DNA from: a bacterium
GTDB taxonomy: Bacteria; Patescibacteriota; Minisyncoccia; Phycocordibacterales; Zambryskibacteraceae
Length of the DNA stretch: 64,000 bases
Assembly: GCA_030649135.1 (NCBI GenBank)
Contig: JAUSGI010000006.1
Span: 1 to 64,000, forward strand
Direction of reading: 5' to 3'
Shown: positions 38,476 through 47,712 of the stretch, piece after piece
Numbering within the stretch: position 1 is the first letter of the stretch
Layout of the letters: the number at the start of each line of letters is the position of its first letter
Position numbers and translations under genes: made by a program
Notes under the pieces: generated by a model
What the model saw: only the letters and a program-made list of their open reading frames with translations
What the model was told of the DNA's origin: nothing
Database searches by the model: none

Positions 38476-39417
38476 TTAATAAAAGATTGGCTTTTCACAA
38501 TACCAAGAATAGTTAGTCGGGTTTTTGTTAACACACTCTTGATATTGTTGCTGTTGGTATAGTTTGTATTCTAGATCGCTTTGTGGAGTATTAGTCCCGC
38601 ATTTAACCTCCCTGATTCTTCTTTGTTGTTGCGGAGATAGAGTTCGTAGTTCTGGCGGAGTAGGTTCTAATAAACAATCTGATTGTTGTTTTTGGGCTGT
38701 TATTGACTGTTGTTGCTGTTCACTTTTTGCCTTGTTATATTTCTCAACCTGAGCATCAATAAGTATTCGAAAACTCATATTACTCATGTAGCCATCGAGA
38801 AATTTAGAGTCTTTGCACGTTAGTGAGTTCACTTCTGGAACTTCCCCGCACATTTTAAACAGAGCACCCAGTTGTTGTGCCGTGGGAGGGGTAGCATACG
38901 GTTGTTGTATTTCCGCTTTGCTGTTCTTGCGAACCCACTGATTGCTTTCCTTTCTGTAGTATCTTTCTTCCCTCTGACGAGTAATGGAAATGGATGTCCA
39001 TCCCTTTGAATCAGCTTCGATGAAGAATCTTCGCTCCAGACTTTCCCAGGTCTCGACAGCAGGTGTCGCGATGTTTGAAGTAGTTATATTATTTATCGGT
39101 AGTGTCTCTTTTTCTATATTGTTTGCAGTAGACTGTTTCTCTTTTAACTTTTCTACCTCTCTTTTCAGCTTTTCAATTTCAACACTTTGATTGTCTACTA
39201 CGGGTACTGGTTGTACTTTTTCTGTAGTTACTGTTGGTTTTTCTACTTTATTCGGAACTACTACCGAAGAGGTTGCACTCTCGCTCGGCACTGGTTGTTC
39301 GATTTTTACTTCTTGCTTCTTATTAAATATTCTCCATGTAAATGGATTCCACCATGCCGCAAAAGCCACCTGAGGAATTATTATCGCAAGTAGGATTATT
39401 GGAATTATTTTTTTCAT
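38476..39417 (-). CDS. Hypothetical secreted protein with coiled coil and Gln/Cys-rich C-terminus
   Basis: Signal peptide MKKIIPIILLAIIIPQVAFA; heptad region; eight Cys in the C-terminal 100 aa. Confidence 0.5.
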   Translation of the reverse strand: MKKIIPIILLAIIIPQVAFAAWWNPFTWRIFNKKQEVKIEQPVPSESATSSVVVPNKVEKPTVTTEKVQPVPVVDNQSVEIEKLKREVEKLKEKQSTANNIEKETLPINNITTSNIATPAVETWESLERRFFIEADSKGWTSISITRQREERYYRKESNQWVRKNSKAEIQQPYATPPTAQQLGALFKMCGEVPEVNSLTCKDSKFLDGYMSNMSFRILIDAQVEKYNKAKSEQQQQSITAQKQQSDCLLEPTPPELRTLSPQQQRRIREVKCGTNTPQSDLEYKLYQQQQYQECVNKNPTNYSWYCEKPIFY

Positions 39418-39632
39418 AATTTTGGGGGAATTTCGTCGACTTTCTTTTTGTTAAGTTTGTAGTTCAAGTGAGAATAAAGAACTATGCCTAGTGGCCAGAT
39501 TAATGCTCCTGCCAAGGCCGCAATGATTTTGTTCATATTGTGTCTCTGAGCAACTCTATAACAATAAACACCAGACCAAATAACCATCACCACACCTACT
39601 AAGTACAGAAGACCACCTAGTACAGATCCCAT
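39414..39632 (-). CDS. Small two-TM membrane protein
   Basis: Hydrophobic 72-aa ORF, translationally coupled (4-nt overlap) to the downstream gene. Confidence 0.4.
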   Translation of the reverse strand: MGSVLGGLLYLVGVVMVIWSGVYCYRVAQRHNMNKIIAALAGALIWPLGIVLYSHLNYKLNKKKVDEIPPKL

Positions 39633-39657
39633 TTTATTTTAGTGATTATTTATAACA

Positions 39658-39791
39658 CAAAGCCCGCTACCAGGAAGGCGCCTTTCGACCACCTCTACCA
39701 GAGTTTCCCCTGGTAACGCGACGAACGCCCTGATAACGGGTTCTCTATGTTCGTCGCGCTTTCTTGCCATGCCGGTGGTTGCCCGGTTTAG
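39658..39791. repeat. Structured repeat element, copy 1 (~134 nt, GC-rich), upstream of a minus-strand operon
   Basis: Shares aaagcccgc..gtttccc..gcgaNNaaNcg.ccct.a.acgggtt..NttNNtcg.c..ttgccatgccggtg..cccggtttagg with copy 2; 9-bp stem gcgacgaac/gttcgtcgc. Confidence 0.5.
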
Positions 39792-39907
39792 GTTTGTCGC
39801 ACATCCACAGTTGCATAATTCTATGGATGTTCTGAAAAGTTGAGCTTCGTTAGAGTCCTGTTTCTTATCTGATACTCTAGCTAAGGTAATTGCTTTCATA
39901 AAGTATT

Positions 39908-40678
39908 TTAGTAGTAAATATCTTTAAGCAATTTAGCGTTGTAACCAGAATTTTCAAAGATATATTTAGCATAACTCTTTTGACCTTCCGTAACAGCTTT
40001 GTCAGCTTCTTCTTTGCTTAAAGAAGGATCCAGCCAATACCAACTAGGATAATCTCCTAACTGCTTATTAGAAGATACATCGTAAATCTTGTCTGATTTT
40101 TTCGTGTAATACTCGCTTTTTACGTTGTTATAATTACTGTAATCGTAACTATAATCAGTAGTATAAAGGCAAGTGTTCATTGAAGGACTGTAGAAAATAA
40201 AATTTAACTCTTCTTTTTCTGTTACAAAAGTGGTGTTTTTATATTTTTTAGAAAGTTCATCTTTGATGTTACTGGTTAATTTCGCACATTCAGTGTTTTT
40301 ACTAAACAAAGTATCTTTATCAATTTTAGAGTTCTTAACCAAGTCCGCTACATCCTTTTTTAGTTGAGCAAGTATATCCTTCGTAGCTGGGTCTGCTTTA
40401 ATTTCATCCGACATTGTAAGTATCAATGTGTTCTGTATTTTTGAGTCTTCCTTGTCGGCTTCTTCAGCAACCTTTTTTATTCTTTCATCAACTATCTTGT
40501 ATTTATCTTCTGGCAAAAGACTTTTATAAACATTTAAGTACTTATAAAATTCAACATCTTCGTTTGTACCAGAGTCTGCAACTTTGATAGAAGACATATT
40601 GGTTTTTCCTTTAACAAAAGGTATTCCGAGCCAAACAATTATTACCACAAGAACAACGATAATTATATTTTTAATCAT
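39908..40678 (-). CDS. Hypothetical secreted/membrane-anchored Lys/Asp-rich protein
   Basis: N-terminal signal anchor; low-complexity lysine-rich sequence. Confidence 0.5.
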   Translation of the reverse strand: MIKNIIIVVLVVIIVWLGIPFVKGKTNMSSIKVADSGTNEDVEFYKYLNVYKSLLPEDKYKIVDERIKKVAEEADKEDSKIQNTLILTMSDEIKADPATKDILAQLKKDVADLVKNSKIDKDTLFSKNTECAKLTSNIKDELSKKYKNTTFVTEKEELNFIFYSPSMNTCLYTTDYSYDYSNYNNVKSEYYTKKSDKIYDVSSNKQLGDYPSWYWLDPSLSKEEADKAVTEGQKSYAKYIFENSGYNAKLLKDIYY

Positions 40679-40687
40679 ATTATTTTG

Positions 40688-40990
40688 TTATTTATTAAAT
40701 TCAAACCGACCGAAGAACCAAGAGAGTAAGCTTCTACTCCTCATTTTAAAGAAATAGCTTATGGAAATATAACCTGTCACTGCTGATATAAATCCCTCAA
40801 AAATACTTTCGGTAAATAGATAAATGACTATCCCAATGATGATCAGGGATAGGATGACTATGAATAGGTCAGCTAGTTTGGCCAGAATATAACGTACGAA
40901 TAGTTGACCACGACCCCTCTCCTTTATTGCTCTTAATTCTTCAAGGGCATCTCTCGCTATACCGTTAGCTTTAGATATATGTTCTTCCAT
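40688..40990 (-). CDS. Small membrane protein (start taken at MEEHISK; upstream in-frame extension lies in the repeat element)
   Basis: Two TM helices; the N-terminal 33 codons of the longest ORF are encoded by repeat copy 2. Confidence 0.4.
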   Translation of the reverse strand: MEEHISKANGIARDALEELRAIKERGRGQLFVRYILAKLADLFIVILSLIIIGIVIYLFTESIFEGFISAVTGYISISYFFKMRSRSLLSWFFGRFEFNK

Positions 40991-41029
40991 ATTGTTGCTT
41001 GATCGTCTTGTAATCTTTTGCGGGCACAA

Positions 41030-41151
41030 AAAGCCCGCCACAGGTAGAGGCCGAGGCCCCTCATACCGGTTTCCCGATATGGCGATCAAGCGACCCTATG
41101 ACGGGGTTTTTACCTTGATCGACTTTTTGCCATGCCGGTGCCCGGTTTAGG
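41030..41151. repeat. Structured repeat element, copy 2 (~122 nt)
   Basis: Homologous to copy 1 with compensatory changes in the main stem (gcgatcaag/cttgatcg); extra hairpin gcgggc-acaaaaa-gcccgc at 41021-41040. Confidence 0.5.
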
Positions 41152-41276
41152 CCTATTTTCTTCACACTACCATTTTACCAGTTTTACAGAGTTAAGCTAA
41201 TGGCCTCAAATGTTCTCCTTCGAGCAGGGCAACTAAAGGTGGCAAAAGCGGTAGTGCACGGTATACTTCTTCTAAA

Positions 41277-42497
41277 ATGTTATATACCAAGCCCATTACT
41301 GAAATTACTTATGTCGATGTCATTGACTTCTGCAAACAGTCGTTAAAAGAGAATATAAACCTGGACTACAAGCTGGATGTCGATACTGGCATAGCCAAGA
41401 CCATAGCGGCAATGGCTAATACTTGGGGTGGGCTGATTGTGGTCGGTGTTGAAGACGAGGATAGTAAGCCCAAGCTACCTGTCGAGGGTATTCCATATCG
41501 CGAGCACATTGAGGAGCAGATAAACAACATTATTCTAGGTAATATCACTCCGCCAACCTTTCCAGAAGTTAAGGTGTGCCTGTCTGAAAATAAAGAGAAA
41601 ATGTTTGTGGTAATCAGGATTCCACAAAGCAATCTCACGCCTCATGCTATTAGGGGCAATACCAGAGTCTACATCAGAACCAATACTAGCAATGAACCTG
41701 AAGAAGAAATAACTATAGAAAAGTTAGGGTGGTTAGTTGATAAGCGAAAAAAGTCACTCGACCTGAAAGAACAACTACATCAGGAAGCTGATAGACGGTT
41801 TGAAAAACTATGCAGGATACAAGGAATAAAAAATTTTAGACATAACGATGTTAGTCTTATGACGTCTCCTCTATATCCATTCGAAATTCTAACTAAAAAG
41901 GAGCAACTTATCAGGGAGATACCTGAAAGGATGCGGACTGAAGCCTGGGGTAGATACTTCCCAAAGACTTTACATAGAACAAGCTACGAAGCTATTAATG
42001 GCGGTAGTTATGCCTTTATCTCGAATGGTCAGTCAGGATACTTTCTATATGAGGAATTTAATCATTACGGTCTTTTTTATCATAGGGAAGATTGGTGTAA
42101 AAGTGATAAAGATGAAGAAACTGGAGAAATCAAGCACACAGGTTTTTTGCATAGCTATTTATCCGAGATAGACCTAATGATTGAATCCGCAAGTAAATTC
42201 TATTCTGCAGTAGGATACTGGGGTCTTGTCGAAATAAAAGTTATTGCCAGAGAGTTAGAAGAAGTCAATTTTAGGGATTTACCAGCTCCAAAAGGTTTCT
42301 ATAAATTCGATAAACTTGAGAAGAGACCCATTGATAATAATCTTGAATTTACCAAAGAAGTTTCGGTCAGAGAACTGGTAGAAAAAAGGGTGGCACTAGT
42401 AACATATTTGATGCTCGATTTGAGCTGGGCACTTGGCTTCACTCATATCGATGAAGAAGGTATAGGAAGACTTCTAGAGGAGCAGGGTCGTCTCTAG
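41277..42497 (+). CDS. AlbA_2 (Schlafen-like, 'divergent AAA / putative DNA-binding') domain protein
   Basis: N-terminal ...IAKTIAAMANTWGGLIVVGVEDED... AlbA_2 signature; long uncharacterised C-terminal domain. Confidence 0.6.
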   Translation: MLYTKPITEITYVDVIDFCKQSLKENINLDYKLDVDTGIAKTIAAMANTWGGLIVVGVEDEDSKPKLPVEGIPYREHIEEQINNIILGNITPPTFPEVKVCLSENKEKMFVVIRIPQSNLTPHAIRGNTRVYIRTNTSNEPEEEITIEKLGWLVDKRKKSLDLKEQLHQEADRRFEKLCRIQGIKNFRHNDVSLMTSPLYPFEILTKKEQLIREIPERMRTEAWGRYFPKTLHRTSYEAINGGSYAFISNGQSGYFLYEEFNHYGLFYHREDWCKSDKDEETGEIKHTGFLHSYLSEIDLMIESASKFYSAVGYWGLVEIKVIARELEEVNFRDLPAPKGFYKFDKLEKRPIDNNLEFTKEVSVRELVEKRVALVTYLMLDLSWALGFTHIDEEGIGRLLEEQGRL

Positions 42498-42689
42498 AAT
42501 AGTCATTTTGGCTCTTACGTGCACAGGACCATCTGAAGCATTGTGTCCGGTACCTCTTTCTCCTAGTAGTTCTGTACTATCATGGCAGTTCTTCCTAATG
42601 CTCGTTCTGGCTCCCTGTGATCGTTTCTGGTGCGAGTTTATCTTCCGTTGAGAAACCCGACAAAGAATCAGGACCAGAGACAGATATGG

Positions 42690-45203
42690 TCACTCTGAAA
42701 GTGAAACATCTAAGGATGACCTGAAATTTTCTATATTTTTATCTCTGATACTTTGGAAATATCCGTTGAAATCTGTCGGGGTAAGGAAGTTGAATTTGTA
42801 TGATATGCCTTTCTTATTCTTTCGTAAATACGCATTTATCCTTTCAAAATGAGCGAGCGCATATTCGTTTTTCTTTTTGTTCTCCACGGACGGCTCGCTA
42901 ATCTCGTCGTCGTCTTTAATCTCAACAATCAAAATCAACTTGCCGGTCTTGATAAAAAAGTCGGGATTGAATTTTCCACGCTTTGGATGTTCGCCTTTCT
43001 TCCAAAAATAATCAATCTCGTAGAAACTCATCGGCGTTGATTTAATCCATGCGTCAATGTGTTGCGTGTTTTCGGATTTTACTAGCTCTTTAACGAATCT
43101 GCGCTCATTGTCATGATCCGAGACAACAGCATTGAGCGGTGTTTTGAAATCATAATGATTGGCGACTTTTGCGCACTTAAACCCGCTCCCTTCCTCCACG
43201 GCTTCTTCGTAAAATTCTTTATACTCATCCGGCATATTTTCTTTCGTTTTGCTTGTATAGAAAATCGTTTTGCCATTTTTCAGGTCGGATGCGCTTGCGC
43301 TCTCCTGCGGTCGCTCGGTCGTTAATATCGGATAGTAATTTGTCGGCTCAAAATCATAGCGAACCACTTGCGCTGCTTTTCTTTGAAGCGTTCCGAGCGA
43401 CTGCAAAAACTTTTGCCGCATATTTTCGGTAATAACCTTGTTGTCTGTTTCTTTAAGCGATTTTTTTACAATTTCCTCCAGTTTTTCAACGGGAAATTGC
43501 TTTATGTAAAATTTGCGGTCTTCGCCGTCCACCAAATCCTCAAACCGCTGGAACATCACCTCGGCAACTTCGTGCGTGGTATAGGTCTTATGCTTGATTT
43601 TCGTTTTCCATTGTGTCCGCACGCCGGTATCTGCTTCCTCAAACTCAACTGTCATATCCTCCACAGGAAGTTCCGTTGAAAGATCAACATAACCCTTTTT
43701 GAATAACTGATATGGCTTCTCCATTTTGTAAGTTTCGGTGCGCGGCTTCGGATCGTACTCAATGTTCAGCAGTTCAAAATTAAATTCGGACGAGGTAACT
43801 GGAAATGTTGGTATTCGTTTTTCAAATTCCAAAACTTCATGGACAAGGTGTCGTATGTCATCCGCCCATCTATCATGATTGAAAACAGTTACTTCCGGTT
43901 GCGCGCCTTTCCAGCCGTCCGGCACGCGTAAGCCGCGCCCAAGCACTTGAGCGATAAGCAACTTACTTTCAAACGCTCTTTTTTCGTGGGGGACAATTTG
44001 AAAAACGCGTTTTACATCCCAACCCTCGTTGAGCATGGAAACCGACAAAATCCACTCGACCTTACTGTTTGCGTTGTTTACGCTTGCGAGGCGCGGCAAA
44101 TCTGGTGCGTCGCTATGAATAACAAGCACCTGTTCGTCAATCTGCTCTCGGCTTTTGCCGGTCTCTTCTTTCAAAAACGCTTTGAATTTTTCTGCTACAT
44201 CTTTACACCCACTAATATCTTTCGTAACGATAATTGTAAGCGGGCGCAATTTATGCGCTTTCAATTTGCGCCTTATTTCTTCGTGGTGATTAAGTACCAA
44301 CTGCCACTTTTCTGTTTCCGGTTGTCTCGTCTGCGGCATTTCGGCAACATACTGCACTTTCTTAACAAATTTTTCTTCCATTGCTTGCCGCAACGAGTAA
44401 CGATAAATCACATCGGAAAAATACTCGTTGCCGAGATAGCAAGTGCCAGAAACGCCAATGACATAACGAAAGCCGTAATCTGGATCGGTCAAAAATTCCT
44501 TCCACTTTTTCGCTTTGCTCGCCACTTCGTTTGCGACATGGTGCGTCTCGTCGTTCAAAATGAGTGTCCTGTCTCCTTTGCCCTGCAGGCTGTCGCGGAT
44601 TGACGAGCGCACATGAGCGAGAATTGCGTGATAGTTTTCTATACAAATACTGCCAGATACAATGCTTTCGCTCGCGTTTATGACGTGCGGAGCGTTCACT
44701 GCTGCGTTTGCGGGTAAAAGGTCGCGCAAGTCGGCGTTTCCTGCCAGTAGCTCAAATTTTTCCAGCAATCCGGTCTCTATCGTCGTGGACGGACACAACA
44801 CTAAAACTCTATCAACCGCGCCCTCGGCAAGCATGATCGCCGCAATGCCATACATCACATAGCTTTTGCCCGTGCCGGTCGCCAAATCAAGCGAGGCGGC
44901 GAGTTGGTCCGGCAATTGCAAATACCGTTCCAGATTTCCGATTGAGCCGTATTTATCGCGCAAAACTTCGTTATGCTCAAAATTCTTTCCAGCCAAATCG
45001 CGCAAATCCCGATACTCGCCGCCGAGTAAATACCGCGTAGCGGCGCGGATTGCGTCTTTTTGATACTCACGAATGCCGCAAAGCTCATCAAGAAACGCCT
45101 CGTACTTATTTTCGTCCCATTTGCGACGATCAACCGAAGTGCTGACATCAAGCACTAGGTCTTCATTATGAAATCGTTTTGTTCCGTTTGTTCTTCTTGG
45201 CAT
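42690..45203 (-). CDS. res: Type III restriction endonuclease, Res subunit
   Basis: SF2 helicase motifs (TGTGKSY Walker A, LNDETHHV DEAH box), C-terminal nuclease region; immediately downstream of mod. Confidence 0.85.
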   Translation of the reverse strand: MPRRTNGTKRFHNEDLVLDVSTSVDRRKWDENKYEAFLDELCGIREYQKDAIRAATRYLLGGEYRDLRDLAGKNFEHNEVLRDKYGSIGNLERYLQLPDQLAASLDLATGTGKSYVMYGIAAIMLAEGAVDRVLVLCPSTTIETGLLEKFELLAGNADLRDLLPANAAVNAPHVINASESIVSGSICIENYHAILAHVRSSIRDSLQGKGDRTLILNDETHHVANEVASKAKKWKEFLTDPDYGFRYVIGVSGTCYLGNEYFSDVIYRYSLRQAMEEKFVKKVQYVAEMPQTRQPETEKWQLVLNHHEEIRRKLKAHKLRPLTIIVTKDISGCKDVAEKFKAFLKEETGKSREQIDEQVLVIHSDAPDLPRLASVNNANSKVEWILSVSMLNEGWDVKRVFQIVPHEKRAFESKLLIAQVLGRGLRVPDGWKGAQPEVTVFNHDRWADDIRHLVHEVLEFEKRIPTFPVTSSEFNFELLNIEYDPKPRTETYKMEKPYQLFKKGYVDLSTELPVEDMTVEFEEADTGVRTQWKTKIKHKTYTTHEVAEVMFQRFEDLVDGEDRKFYIKQFPVEKLEEIVKKSLKETDNKVITENMRQKFLQSLGTLQRKAAQVVRYDFEPTNYYPILTTERPQESASASDLKNGKTIFYTSKTKENMPDEYKEFYEEAVEEGSGFKCAKVANHYDFKTPLNAVVSDHDNERRFVKELVKSENTQHIDAWIKSTPMSFYEIDYFWKKGEHPKRGKFNPDFFIKTGKLILIVEIKDDDEISEPSVENKKKNEYALAHFERINAYLRKNKKGISYKFNFLTPTDFNGYFQSIRDKNIENFRSSLDVSLSE

Positions 45204-45205
45204 AA

Positions 45206-47077
45206 TTATTTTTTAGCTTTGGCACGAAGCACTTTTGGTGTAATGACAATGCGTGATTCGTTGCCGTAAATATCCAAAAATACGAGCATGACATCACCTT
45301 TAATTTCTTTGGTGGGTAGCTCTATTTTCCACTTGTTATCTTTTATCGCGCTCGCGTAAAACGCTTTATCCAAATCAAATACCTTTCCGTTGTAATCGTA
45401 ATCTACCATCACCATTGAAAGCGCGTCGTGCTTGCTAATTTTATCCTCTCCGCGCAGTCGCGCCTTGCTCTCAAACTTCTTTATTTTAACAGACACGGCT
45501 TGTTTCTTTGCGGCAAGCTCAAGCTCAACTACCGGCGGCTGGATAAAATCAAAACCCACCGCCTCAACGGTTTCGTTGATAGCCATTTCGTCGTTTGGCT
45601 GAACGAGCGCGGAAAATTTACGTCGGTGCAGTTCGTTGATAAAAGAATACGGAATACGAAGCGCGTAATATCGCACACCGTCCATTTCGAGATAATCCTC
45701 TTGGAAAAGGAACGCGCCGCGCGGAGCAATAATAAAGCAACGATCTCCAACGGCTTTTCCAATGCTTGCGTGCAAGTCTGCTATTGTCTGCTGGCTAATC
45801 TGTCCTTCCTTAAAATGATTGAAAACATGAACGCTTGAACCTTGTCGCTTGCCATCCATTTGGAAGCCATGAATTTTGTGTGGCTCGTCTTTGCACTCAA
45901 AAAGCTGGAGCGCAAAAAATCGCCAATCTTCCCACGGCAAATTTCTCAAATTCTCAAAATCATACAAACCAGCGTTATAAAGTGTGAACGGCTTGGCGGC
46001 AAGCGACTCACCAGTATTGCTGATATTTTTGCGTAAAGTTAGCATTCGTTTTTGAATGGTATAAACTGCGAGCTTACTTACATCAATTGCAATCCAGCGT
46101 CGCTCTAACTTTTCGGCTGTCGCGGAAGTCGTTCCCGAACCCGCAAAAACATCCATAACAATATCACCTTTATTTGAGGAAGCTTCAATAATGCGCTTAA
46201 TCAATGCCTCTGGTTTCTGTGTCGGAAAATCAACTCGCTCTTTTGAATCCGCCTCTGTACCTAAAGGATAAATATCTTCCCAAACATCCCTACATACAGA
46301 ATTGTGATACCACTTTTGTTTGTCTTTATCGAAAAATTCAGGATATTTTTCACTAAAGTTATATTTCTTTTGCTGATACGATTTGTAGTATTGTGTGTTA
46401 AAAAGAAAATTACCGTTTTTTGCGTAGTAATAAATATTATCGTGTTTTCTGGCAAAGAAATTTTTACTTACACCACCAGTCCTATAACTCCAAATAATCT
46501 CATTTATAAAATTTTGTTCTCCAAAAATTTCATCCATTAAAACTTTTATGTAATGGCCTTTCCTATAATCAAGATGCACATAAATTCCACCATCATTTGC
46601 GAGTAACTCTTTTAAAAGAATAAGCCTCTTTCGCATAAATTCTAAAAATGCGCTGCCAGCAATTTTATCTTGATATGCTTTTTGATCTTGGCTTCCTTTG
46701 AAATCTCGCCGTGTTGAAAATGGTGGATCAATGTAAATAAGCCGAACGCCCGGCGTGCCGTCGGCGTTCACCAGCTTTCCATCTGCTTTCATTTGCAAAA
46801 GCGTCTTTATAGCCTGCAAATTGTCGCCAAAAATAAGTTTGTTGTGCCAATCAACCCCGTTCTGTCCAAAAGTGCTGACTTCTTGAAACGGCACAGCCAT
46901 TGTGTCGGCGAGAATTTGCTCCTCGGTTTCTTTGCCGTTGTAGACAAGTTCGTACTCGCGGCGTTCGGGCGGAAAAAACTCTCGCGCCCACTCTGCCGGA
47001 AGTTCCTCGCCGGTTTCGGTCAGCTTGAGTCCTCGTTTTAGCAACTCGTATATCTTTTCTTGACGACGTTTGTCCAT
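45206..47077 (-). CDS. mod: Type III restriction-modification methyltransferase, Mod subunit (N6-adenine, beta class)
   Basis: Motif IV LIYIDPPFS precedes motif I VMDVFAGSGTTSA. Confidence 0.85.
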   Translation of the reverse strand: MDKRRQEKIYELLKRGLKLTETGEELPAEWAREFFPPERREYELVYNGKETEEQILADTMAVPFQEVSTFGQNGVDWHNKLIFGDNLQAIKTLLQMKADGKLVNADGTPGVRLIYIDPPFSTRRDFKGSQDQKAYQDKIAGSAFLEFMRKRLILLKELLANDGGIYVHLDYRKGHYIKVLMDEIFGEQNFINEIIWSYRTGGVSKNFFARKHDNIYYYAKNGNFLFNTQYYKSYQQKKYNFSEKYPEFFDKDKQKWYHNSVCRDVWEDIYPLGTEADSKERVDFPTQKPEALIKRIIEASSNKGDIVMDVFAGSGTTSATAEKLERRWIAIDVSKLAVYTIQKRMLTLRKNISNTGESLAAKPFTLYNAGLYDFENLRNLPWEDWRFFALQLFECKDEPHKIHGFQMDGKRQGSSVHVFNHFKEGQISQQTIADLHASIGKAVGDRCFIIAPRGAFLFQEDYLEMDGVRYYALRIPYSFINELHRRKFSALVQPNDEMAINETVEAVGFDFIQPPVVELELAAKKQAVSVKIKKFESKARLRGEDKISKHDALSMVMVDYDYNGKVFDLDKAFYASAIKDNKWKIELPTKEIKGDVMLVFLDIYGNESRIVITPKVLRAKAKK

Positions 47078-47325
47078 TCAATTCATCATACCCCAAAACA
47101 TCTCTATTCGTCTTGCATTGCCAATATATGTATTATCTATCCTCATACTGTCATTGTGGCTTGCTGTGGTCCTCTGGGGCGCGAGTTTTGTGCTATTTTG
47201 TAGTTACGCCTTGTTGGCCCGAAATCTCACTATATTGCCCTAAAGCACACGTTCTAACTTCGTTCAACATGCGGAGCCAGTCAGAATTTGGCAAGGTTTT
47301 GGGAAAAGAAAAACTTTGAACTACA

Positions 47326-47682
47326 ATGGACGAAAAAGCAGAAAATAAAAATGATAAGCCGATTCTGTCGAAGACGAAAAAGGTTATCATATTGGCTCTT
47401 GCCATAACTTTTTTTGTATTCTCCATATTCAATGTATATTTAGAAATTCGCAGGCAATTTATGTGTAGTCAGATGGTACTTCTTAATGCACAAATCCCGC
47501 CCTCCGACATTGATAGTTACATCTTGAGAAAAGAGGCTTTTGAAAATGTTTGCCTTGAAAGAACTGGACTTGGAAGTTACTTTTGGGCATTCGCTAGTTT
47601 CTGGTTTCTCGGCTATGTGATAACTTTTTTCGGCAAACATCCAGAAAAAGTACAAGCTAAGGATAACGGCATTGCTTCTTGA
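47326..47682 (+). CDS. Hypothetical membrane protein
   Basis: Two hydrophobic helices; no family. Confidence 0.4.
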   Translation: MDEKAENKNDKPILSKTKKVIILALAITFFVFSIFNVYLEIRRQFMCSQMVLLNAQIPPSDIDSYILRKEAFENVCLERTGLGSYFWAFASFWFLGYVITFFGKHPEKVQAKDNGIAS

Positions 47683-47712
47683 CCTTTCATCTGATAAGCG
47701 TATCGTAAGTTT

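Noticed and set aside
39639-39899. 86-aa ORF whose first 22 residues (MKAITLARVSDKKQDSNEAQLF) resemble a serine-recombinase N-terminus
   Set aside because: The resemblance stops where the GC-rich repeat element begins, and the rest of the ORF is a translation of that element. It is most likely a chance or relic match and not a functional gene.
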